Assembly: GCA_001801465.1 (NCBI GenBank)
Contig: MGXT01000020.1
Coordinates: 134,228 to 198,227, forward strand
Reading direction: 5' to 3'
DNA length: 64,000 bases
Origin: Gammaproteobacteria bacterium RIFCSPHIGHO2_12_FULL_35_23
Lineage (GTDB): Bacteria; Pseudomonadota; Gammaproteobacteria; UBA12402
Each line of letters begins with the position of its first letter. Within the stretch, counting starts at the first letter, position 1. Of this stretch, positions 39,836 through 50,028 are shown one piece after another. Under the pieces are notes generated by a model. That model had not been told where the DNA came from and made no database searches. It was given only the letters and a program-made list of their open reading frames with translations. The translations under genes were made by a program, and so were the position numbers.

Positions 39836-39912
39836 ATGCTAGATTTAAATTTCTTGGCAGTTGTTAAAAAATTAGCGATAATTAGTGAAAATTATTTCAG
39901 AGAGTAATTTCT

Positions 39913-40395
39913 ATGCTATTTGTTATGTTATCCAAGTATCATTATTGGGCCTATCAACAGCTTTATAGTGTGATAGAGCAGGTTGATGATGAAAATTATC
40001 ATAAAGAGAATGGTTTGTTTTTTAATAGCATACATGGAACACTGAATCATTTATTGTTAGTAGATCGTTTGTGGTACTCAAGATTTAATCATCAGCCTTG
40101 TAAAATAACAGACCTTGGATTAATTATCATTAAAGATCGCAATGAATTAAAGCAAGCCATTTTTGCCCAAGTTGATCTTTGGATTGAGTTTACAAAAAAA
40201 GCCGCAAATGGAATAGCGCCAGCAACTCTCACCTACCATGATACCAAAGGAATTTTTAAAGTGGCGGATTATCAACAAACTTTATGCCATGCGTTTAATC
40301 ATGGTACCCATCATCGTGGCCAAATATCTGTAGCATTAACCCAGTTAGGTAAACTAGCGCCTGAAATGGATTTGATTTATTTTAAAAACACTTAA
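39913..40395 (+). CDS. DinB/YfiT-family protein
   Basis: FFNSIHGTLNHLLLVDRLW, H.FNHGTHHRGQI..LTQLG. Confidence 0.92.
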   Translation: MLFVMLSKYHYWAYQQLYSVIEQVDDENYHKENGLFFNSIHGTLNHLLLVDRLWYSRFNHQPCKITDLGLIIIKDRNELKQAIFAQVDLWIEFTKKAANGIAPATLTYHDTKGIFKVADYQQTLCHAFNHGTHHRGQISVALTQLGKLAPEMDLIYFKNT

Positions 40396-40439
40396 AATAT
40401 TAATAATTCACTAAACAATTTAATTGCATAGCTAAATAA

Positions 40440-42470
40440 TCAAAACGGTCTACATTCTAGTACTGGAGGAGGATCTTTTAAACTTACAATCAATTCATGT
40501 AAATAACTTTTAAGTTTATTTCGGTTTGTCAAATTTAATTCTTCTATAGTAGTAGATAAATAATAAGCCAGACAGTAAGCAAAAGCATGTTTAGGTAAAT
40601 TTAATGAGCTGAGGGTCTCTAATTTAGAGATCAGGTTTTGGTAAGGGTTATAGGCCCAAAATCCCAAACGAAAATCTGGCATGGTAGTAATATCTGATAA
40701 TTCTCTATGTACCTGTGAGCAAAATTCTTCAGGGCTAAGTAATTCTAGTAAAAAATAATAATCAGGATTAATTACAGACTTTGTATCAATACCTAATGAA
40801 GCCAAAAGGAGATTTTTCTCAAACCAAGGCAGTTTTTCTGTAAGCTGATAAACAGCAACAAGAAAATCACTTTTATTAGTAAGAGCTAATTGCATAAAAT
40901 TAGCAATTGCCAAGAATGAAGCACTCTCTTTTTCAAAATTATCTTTAAAAACTGAAATAGCGCCTCTAACGGCAATTAATAACTCAACAAAATCATCTGT
41001 AGTTGAATACTTGTAGAACTCTACCAGAGGTTTTAAGTTAGAATTTCTTGTTAATCTAGCTGAGATGATGGCATCGATGCTAATAGAAGAAAAAGTTTCT
41101 AAAATAGCTGCTGGGCAAGCTTCTAATTCATCTGGGAGAGCCGAGAGTGTAACATAAGAATTCCTAGCAAGTAGTAAAGTATAAGTAATATCTTCAAATT
41201 GAGTATTAGTTTGTTGATCTATTAATTGGTCGTAAAGAAAAAAATGATGGTGAGCAAGATTAATTAAAAGAGTTAAAGTTTCATCAGTTAGCAAGTGAAA
41301 AATATTAGAAAACTCAGTTTTAGTAGCTAATTCAGCCTTGATACTAGCTATATCATGAGTAAGAAGTTCTCTCCAAGGTAGGCTTATAAATACATGGATT
41401 AAATTATGTAATATGGTTTTAAGTTCAAGACCAAGCGCACTAAAGAAATCATCAGGCAGTCGATCAATTTTTGGAGAAAATTCTGGGAAAAGCATTATTA
41501 ACATAGGTTTAAGTTGGCTAGGATCTAACAGTTGTATTAAATTAAAAATAGAGCTTTCATATAACGTTGTAATTAAATTTAAAGTTTCTCTTACTGAAAC
41601 TAAAAGCGAATCTATTGTGATACCATCAAAATATGAAGCTTCATAGCGTAATCGCCGTTCCCTTATCGGATTGCTTCGAAGATTAATGGAATAAGGATTA
41701 TTTTTTATTAAATTTTGTTCTGCTACCGCATATTGTACAATTGAATAAATAAAATCATAAGAATAGCCTGTTGCATAAATATATAAACAATAAAATAATG
41801 AAAATAGATCTTGAGTAAAATGAGCGAGTGGTGCATCTTTAGATTCACAAAAAGTTCTATTTGCCGTCCAATAATAGCAATCCTCAGTAATGACAGTTGC
41901 GAATTTATTGCTACGATAACTATGCTGAAAGTCAATGAAATTAATTTCATACTCACCAGCTTCATTTTTAAAGATCATAATATTTTCTAATTTTAAATCA
42001 CCATGAATATAACTCTTTTGGTGGAGCTCTTTTAATTTATTTAAAATGGCAATAAGAATTTTTAATCTTTCAATAATATTTGGATTTTGGGTAGAAAAAT
42101 ACTGTTGTAGATTAACGCCTTTAATGCGCGACATTATAAAAAAATACATCAAGTTATCTTGATCTAAAGCTTTAAAATGTAGAGCGGTAGAAAAGCGATA
42201 TAATCTAGTAAATATTAAAGCTTCTATTATTATATGAATTTCAAGATCTTTTTTAACCACGCCTTGCTTAAGAACAATATCGGGTATTAAATCAGAAGAA
42301 TGTAAAGAAAAGATAGATCCCCAGGCACCTTCACCTAAACTAGGTCCAATTGTTAAAGGTATAGATGTGCCAGAATGTAAAGTAGGAGGAGGGGATAAAA
42401 TAGCGCAAGGAATATTTAAAAAAGATCCACCTTTTAACTGTAAACGATAATTGATAATGACTTCAGACAT
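40440..42470 (-). CDS. eukaryote-like Ser/Thr protein kinase with long helical C-terminal region, candidate effector
   Basis: LGEGAWG glycine loop, VLK, E in helix C, IHGDLKLENI catalytic loop, IDFQ (DFG variant), DLFSL. Confidence 0.85.
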   Translation of the reverse strand: MSEVIINYRLQLKGGSFLNIPCAILSPPPTLHSGTSIPLTIGPSLGEGAWGSIFSLHSSDLIPDIVLKQGVVKKDLEIHIIIEALIFTRLYRFSTALHFKALDQDNLMYFFIMSRIKGVNLQQYFSTQNPNIIERLKILIAILNKLKELHQKSYIHGDLKLENIMIFKNEAGEYEINFIDFQHSYRSNKFATVITEDCYYWTANRTFCESKDAPLAHFTQDLFSLFYCLYIYATGYSYDFIYSIVQYAVAEQNLIKNNPYSINLRSNPIRERRLRYEASYFDGITIDSLLVSVRETLNLITTLYESSIFNLIQLLDPSQLKPMLIMLFPEFSPKIDRLPDDFFSALGLELKTILHNLIHVFISLPWRELLTHDIASIKAELATKTEFSNIFHLLTDETLTLLINLAHHHFFLYDQLIDQQTNTQFEDITYTLLLARNSYVTLSALPDELEACPAAILETFSSISIDAIISARLTRNSNLKPLVEFYKYSTTDDFVELLIAVRGAISVFKDNFEKESASFLAIANFMQLALTNKSDFLVAVYQLTEKLPWFEKNLLLASLGIDTKSVINPDYYFLLELLSPEEFCSQVHRELSDITTMPDFRLGFWAYNPYQNLISKLETLSSLNLPKHAFAYCLAYYLSTTIEELNLTNRNKLKSYLHELIVSLKDPPPVLECRPF

Positions 42471-42501
42471 ACAAGGTATATTAACTCTTATTAAAAAGCT
42501 A

Positions 42502-42534
42502 ATTATAATAAAATAATATTAAATTAAGCTTAAG
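42502..42534 (-). promoter_or_regulatory. PmrA-like direct repeat plus -10 box
   Basis: minus strand CTTAAGCTT-AA-TTTAATATT-N7-TATAAT, 31 nt upstream of the kinase ATG. Confidence 0.7.
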
Positions 42535-42587
42535 ATATCATAAATATTTTTTGCTCGTTCTTTGTTAGAATGGGGAGGGTAAAAAAT

Positions 42588-43529
42588 TTACGGGCTTGGA
42601 TAAAAAAATGTTACTTCATGTTTATTATGAAATAAATGTAATACCTTACTGTTGTGAATAGCTTGAAATAATTGTATTGATTCGAAGTCGGTTTTGCCTT
42701 GTAACTTTATAGTAATAATAAACTGTGTAACTTTGCCGCTTTCTAGCCAAGGTATTAACCATTGATATAAGCGTTTTGGATAACAAGCAATATCAGCTAC
42801 TAACCAATCAATGCTGTCAAAATCTTGTGGTTTCAAACTAAAAGCAGAGGTTAATTTGGTAGTGACGCCTGATAGTTTAGCAATGTTTTCTGCTAAAGGT
42901 GCTTTATCAATAGCTAGTACTTTTACACCAAGCTGTTGTAATACATAGGTCCACCCACCTGGAGAAGCTCCTAAATCTAATGCAAATTCATTTGCTTTGG
43001 GGTAACGATTTAAAATAGCCAAGGCTTCCCAAAGTTTTAAATAGGCACGATTAGGAGGATTGATTTTATCTTCTTTAAAGGAATAACACCCGTTAGGTAC
43101 TAGTTTACTGCGTTTGGTTGCATAAATTAAATTAGTAGGTGTTAGTAAAGTAAAGACGCCCAATGAAGGAATGGATGGACAGGGAAAAGATAAGTTTTTT
43201 AAATTTTTGTAATAAGGAAAATTTTCCGCGATTAATAAAGTTCTTCTTGCATAAAGTTCTGGATAAGGATACCAATAAGATTGCAAAGCTTTAAGCTTTT
43301 TTACAGCATCATTAATCGAATCAATTGGCAAAAGCTGAGGATTTTTCCAGATATCTAAAGCAAAAACAGGCTCTTGGTCTTTTTTGGCAATAAAAAGATT
43401 GTTTATGATGGTTTGTATATCTTTTAATTCATGTTGCAATTCATACTGAAAGCTTGGTTTGGCTAAATAAATGGCGTGTTTATCCCAATTGACACGCTGA
43501 ATTAATTTTGCTGATTCATCATCTTTCAT
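42588..43529 (-). CDS. RlmM-like/FtsJ-family SAM-dependent RNA methyltransferase
   Basis: PPNRAYLKLWEAL, LDLGASPGGWT, DWLVADIACYP, TIKL, HL.HNKHEVT. Confidence 0.85.
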   Translation of the reverse strand: MKDDESAKLIQRVNWDKHAIYLAKPSFQYELQHELKDIQTIINNLFIAKKDQEPVFALDIWKNPQLLPIDSINDAVKKLKALQSYWYPYPELYARRTLLIAENFPYYKNLKNLSFPCPSIPSLGVFTLLTPTNLIYATKRSKLVPNGCYSFKEDKINPPNRAYLKLWEALAILNRYPKANEFALDLGASPGGWTYVLQQLGVKVLAIDKAPLAENIAKLSGVTTKLTSAFSLKPQDFDSIDWLVADIACYPKRLYQWLIPWLESGKVTQFIITIKLQGKTDFESIQLFQAIHNSKVLHLFHNKHEVTFFYPSP

Positions 43530-44122
43530 TTTGATGTAGGGATAAATGAGACCAGGCGAGTAACGGATAGTTTGCCTTGGGTATCAAACCTAAATTGAGT
43601 GTTAGCAATGCCAATAACCGGGCAGGCTAGACAGCCATTGGTAATACGCAGTGAAACATTAAAGTTTTGTGAGCCATCTTTATTGACATGGGGAACTGGA
43701 ACGCCAGAGCTAGTAATCATAAAATTACTTTTTACATATTTTTTTGCTAAAGTTGAATCCAAATTGCGAGGATCTACTGCGGTATCAATAAGATTATTTT
43801 GAGGGGTTAATAAATAATATTTATATTGGCCGTCAGCAAAAAATTGCACAGTAATAACTTGGATATTATTAATTTTATTAACACTAATAGCATCAGGTGT
43901 GGTATTTAACTGATTAGCTAAGGTGTTTAATTGTTGGCAAATGGGATTTTTACTAACTACTTGTTGAATACAGCTGGGTTGATAGAAAGCACCTTGTTTA
44001 GGACAATTTTTTAATAAAGCACTACATTGTTGATAATTAGCGAAATTTAAAGTAGTTCCTAAAACAGCGATGGGCATTACTATTAATAAAGAAAGAGTGG
44101 TTTTTTGTTGCATAATAGACAC
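43526..44122 (-). CDS. secreted Cys-containing hypothetical protein
   Basis: N-terminal hydrophobic signal, paired Cys, GCLACP; ATGA overlap with the methyltransferase gene. Confidence 0.7.
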   Translation of the reverse strand: MSIMQQKTTLSLLIVMPIAVLGTTLNFANYQQCSALLKNCPKQGAFYQPSCIQQVVSKNPICQQLNTLANQLNTTPDAISVNKINNIQVITVQFFADGQYKYYLLTPQNNLIDTAVDPRNLDSTLAKKYVKSNFMITSSGVPVPHVNKDGSQNFNVSLRITNGCLACPVIGIANTQFRFDTQGKLSVTRLVSFIPTSK

Positions 44123-44207
44123 CTTTTTCTATGTAAAACTTGACTCATTAAGTAAAGAGATTAATTATACCTAGTTACAGAGTTTAAATATAGGGATAGA
44201 CTTAAGG

Positions 44208-45779
44208 ATGAGAAATTTAATCAAATTTATAGCAAAGAGCAGAAAGCAAATTAGTTTATTGCTAGGTATTGGTTTGTTAATTGGTTTTTCAGTGGTAGGA
44301 GCTGCCAATCAGCCAGTAAGTTCGGATCAATATATTACTTTAAATATCATTAAAAAAATGATTACTGTTGATGGTAAGCAAGCAACAGTTTATCAAATAC
44401 AGCAACCTAATGGGACTTTAGGTTACGAGGGAGTTTTAGGCCAACGATTTAATGTCATAGTGGTTAATAAAACTAGTGAACCAACGATTTTGCATTGGCA
44501 TGGCTTAATTGTGCCCAATAACCAAGATGGTGTACCTTATCTTACCCAAAAACCCATTATGCCAGGTCAATCGTTTACCTATAGCTTTCCTTTACGTCAA
44601 TCAGGAACCTATTGGATGCATGGTCATTTTCAATTACAAGAGCAGCAATTACTGGCAGCGCCATTAATTATTCAATCACCAGCAGACAGTAAGCAAGGTT
44701 ATCAAGATGTAGTAATGATGTTAGAAGATTTTACTTTTAAAAATCCTGCAGCAATTTTAGCAAACTTAAAATGTGAAAGTGTGCTTTCAGGTTCCTCATC
44801 ATTAACCAATACGGTGATGCCTATGGCTATGAGTTCTCATCATAGAGACTTAAATGATGTAAAATATGATGCTTTTTTAACAAATGGACAAACTTTACAG
44901 CAACCGGATGTTATTAAAGTTCAAGCTGGTAAAACAGTGCGGCTACGAATTATTAATGGTTCCGCTAGTAGCAATTTTTTTATTAACTTGGGAACCTTAA
45001 CTGGTCAAGCAGTGGCGGTTGACGGTCATGATATAGTGCCTATTAGTAAAAAACAATTTCAATTAAGTATGGGACAGCGTTTAGATATATTGGTTGCTAT
45101 CCCTTCTCAAGGAGGTGCCTATCCAATTCTTGCCCAAGGCGAGGGAACTACAATGCAAACAGGTTTAATTTTAGCTACGAACCAAGCAACAATCCCGCAG
45201 CTTAGTGAAACAACCAATACTATGGCTGGAGCTTTCAATTATTCAGATGAATTACAATATCGGGCTATTCATCCGCTTCCTAATAAACCGGTCATTAGAG
45301 TGCTTGCGGTTGATTTAGAGGGTAATATGCAAAACTACCTGTGGACAATTAATTATAAAGCCTGGCCTTATTACCAGCCTTTAATAGTTAAGAAGGGAGA
45401 GCGAGTTGAATTAGTTTTTACTAATTCAACAGATATGGAGCATCCTATGCATTTACATGGACATGTATTTGAAGTAACTGAAATTAATGGCAAGGAAATA
45501 AGAGGAGCCTTTAGAGATACTGTAGATGTAATGCCTCACTCTACGGTAAAAGTGCAATTTGATGCTAATAATCCTGGGGTGTGGTTGTTACATTGTCATA
45601 ACTTATATCACGCAGCAGCCGGTATGGCGACGGTATTGGAATATAGTGGTTATCAAGCGCCCACCTATACTAAAGCTGAAAAGGCAAGTATTTCAACACC
45701 ATTATGGAAAGCATGGTTTGATAATCCAACCAACCCCTATGCTGCTTGTCAGGCTGCAGCCAAACAATTAAGTCAATAA
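44208..45779 (+). CDS. multicopper oxidase
   Basis: HWHG, YWMHGH, HPMHLHGH, HCHNLYH...GM copper motifs; signal peptide. Confidence 0.95.
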   Translation: MRNLIKFIAKSRKQISLLLGIGLLIGFSVVGAANQPVSSDQYITLNIIKKMITVDGKQATVYQIQQPNGTLGYEGVLGQRFNVIVVNKTSEPTILHWHGLIVPNNQDGVPYLTQKPIMPGQSFTYSFPLRQSGTYWMHGHFQLQEQQLLAAPLIIQSPADSKQGYQDVVMMLEDFTFKNPAAILANLKCESVLSGSSSLTNTVMPMAMSSHHRDLNDVKYDAFLTNGQTLQQPDVIKVQAGKTVRLRIINGSASSNFFINLGTLTGQAVAVDGHDIVPISKKQFQLSMGQRLDILVAIPSQGGAYPILAQGEGTTMQTGLILATNQATIPQLSETTNTMAGAFNYSDELQYRAIHPLPNKPVIRVLAVDLEGNMQNYLWTINYKAWPYYQPLIVKKGERVELVFTNSTDMEHPMHLHGHVFEVTEINGKEIRGAFRDTVDVMPHSTVKVQFDANNPGVWLLHCHNLYHAAAGMATVLEYSGYQAPTYTKAEKASISTPLWKAWFDNPTNPYAACQAAAKQLSQ

Positions 45780-45791
45780 TTAGGAGGTTTT

Positions 45792-46403
45792 ATGAAACTA
45801 TACTATTCCAAAGGAGCTTGTTCTTTAGCAATCCGTATCATAATACATGAAATTGGAGTGACTAGTGAATTTGAGGCTGTGAATTTGAAAAATAAAACAA
45901 CTGAAGCAGGAGAAAATTATTTATTAATTAATCCTAAAGGTGCTGTGCCAGCGCTCATGACAGCAGATAATGAGCTCTTAACAGAAAATTTAGTTATTCA
46001 ACTTTATTTAGCAGAAAAATATAAAGCGACCAATTTGTTACCTACAGCAGATAATTTTAAACGTTATCGGGTTTTAGAGTGGTTAAACTATATTAGTACG
46101 GATGTTCACAAATCATTTGGCCCATTATTTAATCCAAATGTTTCAGAAGAAATGAAGGAAACTGTCTTTATACCACTATTAAGAAATAAGCTTGTTTTTA
46201 TCAACGATCACTTAATCAATAAAAACTATTTATTGAACGATCAATTTACTTTACCAGATGCTTATTTATTTGTGGTATTGCGGTGGGTTGCCACATTTAA
46301 AATAGATTTAGCTAAATTTGAGAACTTATCTCGCTATGTCACTGTTTTGGCTAATCGAGAATCTATTGTACTATCTTTACAAGAAGAAGGATTAAAGAAG
46401 TAA
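45792..46403 (+). CDS. gstA: glutathione S-transferase, beta class
   Basis: MKLYYSKGACSLA, INPKGAVPAL, LTE...I..YLA, FTLPDAYLFVVLRW. Confidence 0.93.
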   Translation: MKLYYSKGACSLAIRIIIHEIGVTSEFEAVNLKNKTTEAGENYLLINPKGAVPALMTADNELLTENLVIQLYLAEKYKATNLLPTADNFKRYRVLEWLNYISTDVHKSFGPLFNPNVSEEMKETVFIPLLRNKLVFINDHLINKNYLLNDQFTLPDAYLFVVLRWVATFKIDLAKFENLSRYVTVLANRESIVLSLQEEGLKK

Positions 46404-46462
46404 TTTATTTTGAATTCAACTTATAAGCGTAACTTTTGTTAAATAGCTAATTAGTTAAATTG

Positions 46463-46775
46463 CTTTCTGAGATTGCGAAGGAAATCGTCGTGCACAAATC
46501 AACTATTAGCCGAGAGCTGAAAAGAATATTACGTTTGTCAGAACTAAATTGGGCCCCCTGGTAATATAAACTTGACTAAGTGCAAAGTTATGTTGATCAA
46601 CGACATAAAAACAAGCCAAAGCAGGTTAAATTCACTAAGAAGGTCGAAACCTTTGTTCGATAAAAATTGTTAAAAGATTGGAGTTCCGAACAAGTTAATG
46701 GTTATTACTGGTAGACTCAACAAGCGATCTAGAAGATCATTAGGCTTTTATATGCGAAACGAAATATTTTACGAG
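46463..46775 (+). pseudogene. IS30-family transposase remnant, DDE core deleted
   Basis: HTH HKSTISRELKR and WSPEQ-like motif directly joined to the C-terminal LNxRPRKxLG-like motif; several stops and frameshifts. Confidence 0.85.
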
Positions 46776-46828
46776 AAACAAGGCCGCTATGATGGACGCT
46801 ACTGATTTTACAAAATTAATCGGAGAAG

Positions 46829-47950
46829 ATGATGTTAAAATTAACTACTGATCAAGATATAAAAGATTTTACAGTGGGATGTTGTTTTTTTGGTACTGGC
46901 GGTGGTGGCAATGCCAGTTTTGGTGAAAGGATGTTGCGAGATGCTCTTGAGTTAGGGAAAGAAATTGTCATAGTAGATTCCAATGATATTGATGATAAAG
47001 ACTGGATTATTTGTCCTTATTTAATGGGAACAAGTGGTCCTGAAACTGATGAAACCAAGCAAGAAAAAATAAAACAAGGTTTATCAATAGCAACTGTTGG
47101 TAATATGCCTGCTGCTGCAACAGATTTACTTTTGAAAACCTTCGGAGAAAATGTAACTTTATCTGCGATTATTCCTTATGAAATAGGTGCTGCTGCCACT
47201 TCAAGTGCAGTTGCAACCGCTGCGATGCTTGGTATACCAACGATTGATGCTGATTTTGTAGGACGATCTGTTCCTGAAGCAACCCAAATGTTGCCCGCAC
47301 TTTATGGTATTGACTTATGCCCAACTGCTAGCTCTGATGCATTTGGTAATGAAACGATTATTAGCAAAGCTGTGAACAGGCATATGATTGAGCGCATTGG
47401 TAAGCATATTGCTTTGGCTTCATTTGGGTTAATTGGACAAGCCACGTTGTTACATCAGGCAGAAGTATTAAAGAAATATATGCTGTCTGGTACCTTATCT
47501 AAGGCATTTGCCGTTGGTAAGATACTGCGTGAGGCCAAAAATACCAACAAAGGCGTTGAAACAATTTTAAGAGAGCTGGTAGGTTCAAAAAAGGTATTCG
47601 AGGGAGTTATAGCTACGTTTACTGGCTATGATGAGAAAGGCTATTATGTTGGTGAGATCGTTATCAGTGGTAAAAATGAATTTGAAGGATCAACATTAAA
47701 AATTTGGTTTAAGAATGAAAACCATATTGCTTGGAAAGATGAAGCTGTTTATCTAACAAGTCCAGATTTGATTTCTATCATAGATCAGAATTTGTGCGAG
47801 CCTTATGTCAATAACCAATTAAAAGAAGGTTTGCAAGTTACAGTTTACGGAACACCAGCGCACTCTGCATGGCATGAGGAAAAGGCTTTGGAAGCTAATT
47901 CTCCCAGGTATTATGGTTTTAATTTTGATGCCAAGTTTATGGATAGATGA
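46829..47950 (+). CDS. DUF917-family protein
   Basis: G...FGTGGGG, EIG, DADFVGRSVPE, GTLS.A..VG, WFKNENH.AW, TSPDLI. Confidence 0.9.
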   Translation: MMLKLTTDQDIKDFTVGCCFFGTGGGGNASFGERMLRDALELGKEIVIVDSNDIDDKDWIICPYLMGTSGPETDETKQEKIKQGLSIATVGNMPAAATDLLLKTFGENVTLSAIIPYEIGAAATSSAVATAAMLGIPTIDADFVGRSVPEATQMLPALYGIDLCPTASSDAFGNETIISKAVNRHMIERIGKHIALASFGLIGQATLLHQAEVLKKYMLSGTLSKAFAVGKILREAKNTNKGVETILRELVGSKKVFEGVIATFTGYDEKGYYVGEIVISGKNEFEGSTLKIWFKNENHIAWKDEAVYLTSPDLISIIDQNLCEPYVNNQLKEGLQVTVYGTPAHSAWHEEKALEANSPRYYGFNFDAKFMDR

Positions 47951-47980
47951 TTGCACTTATTTCTTGAAACCACCTTATGA

Positions 47981-48012
47981 AAGACTCAACTATAGTGGTT
48001 GAGTCTTATTTT
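47981..48012. terminator. hairpin terminator between convergent genes
   Basis: AAGACTCAACT-ATAGT-GGTTGAGTCTT followed by T-rich tail. Confidence 0.75.
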
Positions 48013-48017
48013 ATTAT

Positions 48018-48812
48018 TTAGGGAGCTGAAGGAAGCAGTACTTGGTAGATTGGTATAGAAGCTTCTTTACCTGCCATGGCAACATTGCAAGTGCCTGTTA
48101 CTACTTTACCTACATAGTAAGTATTATTAATATTCAATCTACAAATATAAAGAACATGGTTATATTCAAAACCACCTACAATAGGAGTTACAGCAGTGTG
48201 ATCTTTCTTGGTGGTTGCGGTTAAGGGTGTAGAAGAAGGAGCATTAGGTATCCAAACTGGTTGTTGTAAATTGATAAAGGGTTCTTGAGGGACTTTATTT
48301 CCATCTTGCCAGTATCCTTTATAGTTGCTAACTAAAATTTTATAGCTTGGGATAGTATACGCTAAGCCACTATATGTTATCACACAACCCTTATTGGAAA
48401 CTCGTCCCGGATACAAGGCATTAGCATAGCTGGCTTGACAAATATAAATTTTTTGTTGACTGTCAACAGAAAAAGCATCTTTAGGTAATTGATTATTTTG
48501 ACTTGTTACCCAATAGAAACCCGTGGATGTTTGTTTAAAGTTGGAAATTTTTTTCTTAATAGAGTTTATTTGAGCTTGCAAAGAAACCATAGCTTGTATT
48601 TGTACCTCTATTTGACGTTGTATATTTTTTTTAGAACTTTCAAGCTGAAGTAAGCTTACTTGTAAAGATTGCAGATTTTCATTTACAGTAGGTTGGCTAT
48701 TTTTTATAACTATTGCTTGCGTAGAGGTTGTTGTTTTAGCAAAAATAATAAGAGGCAAAGTAGTCAGTCCAGCAGTTAACAAAGTAAAAATAAATTTATA
48801 GCGAGTAGACAT
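48018..48812 (-). CDS. secreted DM9-repeat (DUF3421) protein with coiled-coil stalk
   Basis: signal peptide, heptad stretch, two repeats YICQASY..ALYPGRV..CVI...YKILV and VGGFE...LYICR...YVGKV..CNV..KE..YQVL. Confidence 0.82.
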   Translation of the reverse strand: MSTRYKFIFTLLTAGLTTLPLIIFAKTTTSTQAIVIKNSQPTVNENLQSLQVSLLQLESSKKNIQRQIEVQIQAMVSLQAQINSIKKKISNFKQTSTGFYWVTSQNNQLPKDAFSVDSQQKIYICQASYANALYPGRVSNKGCVITYSGLAYTIPSYKILVSNYKGYWQDGNKVPQEPFINLQQPVWIPNAPSSTPLTATTKKDHTAVTPIVGGFEYNHVLYICRLNINNTYYVGKVVTGTCNVAMAGKEASIPIYQVLLPSAP

Positions 48813-48879
48813 AAAAATCCTGATTGTTGATAATTATTAGAGCTATCATAGCAGTTAAATTAAAATTAATGAATTTGAT

Positions 48880-49917
48880 TTGCGTTTTCCTTGTAAAAAA
48901 ATTTTCCAAGGCATTGATCTTACTAGTGATACAGCCACTTTGCCAACCGTAGAGATGAAGGAAGCTATGTTTAATGCTGTATTGGGTGATGAGCAAAAGC
49001 ATGAAGATCCAACTACACAAAAATTAGAAGATTATGTCGCTTTTTTATTAGGGCAGGATTGGGTATCATTTTTATCTTCTGCAACAATGGCAAATATAAT
49101 TGCAATTAACTTATTATGCCAACCTGGTGATGAACTGATTGTAGCTGAAAAAAGCCATATTATTACTTCAGAAGGTGGGGGGCCTGCAATTCATTCAGGC
49201 GTATTAATTAAACCAATTAAAACGCAAACAGGAATTTTTTCAGATAATGATTTACGAAATATTTATCGTTGGTCAAAAAGCCTTCGTTACCCACTTCAAA
49301 CTTGTCTTAGTATTGAAAACACAACAAATCTTGGGGGGTATTGCTTGGGATTTGGTAACTTTACAATTAGTATTATCTGTCGCTAAAGAGTTTCATTTTA
49401 AAACTCATTTGGATGGAGTAGCTGCGGTTAGGCTAGGAGTTACTGCCAAACAATTAGCTATAAATTTTGATATGATCACAATTTTTTTTCTAAAGGATTA
49501 GGTTGTCCCATGGGTGCGATGCTTGCATTTAAAGAATCATTTTATGAGCGCACTGAGCGTCTTAAACATCTTTTTGGCGGTGCATTAAGGCAAAGTGGTA
49601 TAATTGCTGCAGCAGGTCTTTATGCTTTAGAAAATCATGTAAATCGTTTGGCAGAAGATCATGATAATGCAATGTATTTAGCAAATAGATTAAGTGAAAT
49701 CAGTGAAATTCAAATTGAGTATCATGAAAATTCAACTAATAGGGTGTTTTTTACCTGGCAAGGTAAAAACATATTTTCTTTGCAATTTTTAGAGAGATGT
49801 ATTGAAAAAGGCGTAAGGTTTTCACAGGTTGATCAGAATAGATTTCGAGCAGTAACATATTTAGGAATTAATAAAAAGACTATAGACAAAGTTATTACAA
49901 TTATGAAAGATATTTAA
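48880..49917 (+). pseudogene. ltaE: low-specificity L-threonine aldolase, frameshifted
   Basis: DL.SDT.T.PT..M, GD...EDPT, ENTTN.GG, HLDG, SKGLGCPMG and GGALRQSG fall in three frames; shifts at G6 (49333-38) and T8 (49482-89); ARLFN-type residues after HLDG missing. Confidence 0.88.
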
Positions 49918-50028
49918 TTTAATCTAAGTGATAAGAAATTTTTTAAAATACTTATTTTAACTATAGTCAGCTTAATTTTTCCGAGGTACTATTATTGCTT
50001 AAACTTAATAATATATTGGGACGTTATA

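Larger units (their letters stand above)
46412..47971 (+). mobile_element. decayed IS30-family element, possibly enclosing a DUF917 passenger gene
   Basis: transposase fragments LSEIAKEIVVHKSTISRELKR (46463-46525), WSSEQV (46679), RLNKRSRRSLGF..NEIF (46713-46769); imperfect IRs 46412-46433 and 47950-47971 (14/22 match). Confidence 0.65.

Noticed and set aside
46572..46588. TAAGTGCAA as a second IS30 inverted repeat
   Set aside because: Lies within the decayed transposase frame; more simply explained as mutated coding sequence
48851..48871. Further PmrA-like sites upstream of the DM9 gene (and a half-site at 49971)
   Set aside because: DM9 site lacks a -10 box at the 7-nt spacing; the 49971 site has only one half-repeat; both plausible by chance in AT-rich DNA
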